Made by a program: the position numbers and the translations under genes
The notes under the pieces: model-generated
Seen by the model: the letters and a program-made list of their open reading frames with translations, nothing else
The model's database searches: none
What the model was told of the DNA's origin: nothing
Source of the DNA: an uncultured Candidatus Saccharibacteria bacterium
Lineage (GTDB): Bacteria; Patescibacteriota; Minisyncoccia; Phycocordibacterales; DATDWN01
Direction of reading: 5' to 3'
Length of the DNA: 64,000 nucleotides
Assembly (NCBI GenBank): GCA_964426735.1
Contig: CAYRRP010000003.1
Coordinates: 77,378-141,377, forward strand
Part shown: piece by piece, positions 63,980 to 64,000 of the stretch
Layout: the number at the start of each line of letters is the position of its first letter
How positions within the stretch are numbered: position 1 is the stretch's first letter

Positions 63980-64000
63980 TTAACTTTTTCGTATATGTTT

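Overview
This is a gene-dense, AT-rich bacterial chromosome segment read with the standard genetic code. All protein calls come from motif recognition in the supplied translations and from manual reading; no database search was possible.

The content fits a reduced-genome Patescibacteria/CPR-type organism, which is inference only. Supporting signs are very short intergenic spacers, many leaderless-looking starts, DNA-uptake genes and a Gram-positive-like VirB4 cluster.

**Housekeeping genes**
- Translation: the str operon (rpsL-rpsG-fusA, with fusA truncated at the left edge and absent from the ORF track), rpmB, rpsO, rsmE, rsmA and cca.
- Central metabolism: pgk, tpiA, ppa and a Fe/Mn SOD-like protein.
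- Transcription, RNA and protein turnover: nusA, rny, hup, clpP and a trigger factor lacking its PPIase domain.
- DNA metabolism: recJ, rnhA, xthA, a xerC-like recombinase and pcrA/uvrD.

**DNA uptake and surface machinery**
- ComEC is split into two genes, and comM is present.
- A type IV pilus operon carries pilB, pilC, a 599-aa pilin-like protein, a pseudopilin and a PilX-like protein.
- An 11-kb T4SS-like cluster (52.8-64 kb) has a split VirB4, a PrgI/VirB3-like protein, a VirB6-like protein and a pilin-peptidase fusion. No relaxase or coupling protein is visible.

**Accessory genes**
- A hicBA toxin-antitoxin pair.
- A two-gene operon encoding a J-domain protein.
- Several secreted or membrane hypotheticals.

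**Non-coding features**
- Four tRNAs: Gly-UCC, Pro-UGG, Arg-UCG and Gly-GCC.
- Three paralogous GC-rich structured elements beside the tRNAs, with covarying hairpins. I rate this the strongest novelty candidate.
- Three orphan units bounded by a promoter and a terminator, which are candidate ncRNAs.
- A family of roughly 50-130-nt imperfect-palindrome intergenic elements.
- ATTCGTA heptamer arrays ending in an identical 14-mer at three loci.
- An 8-bp tandem repeat and a 32-bp perfect palindrome near DnaA-box-like sites.
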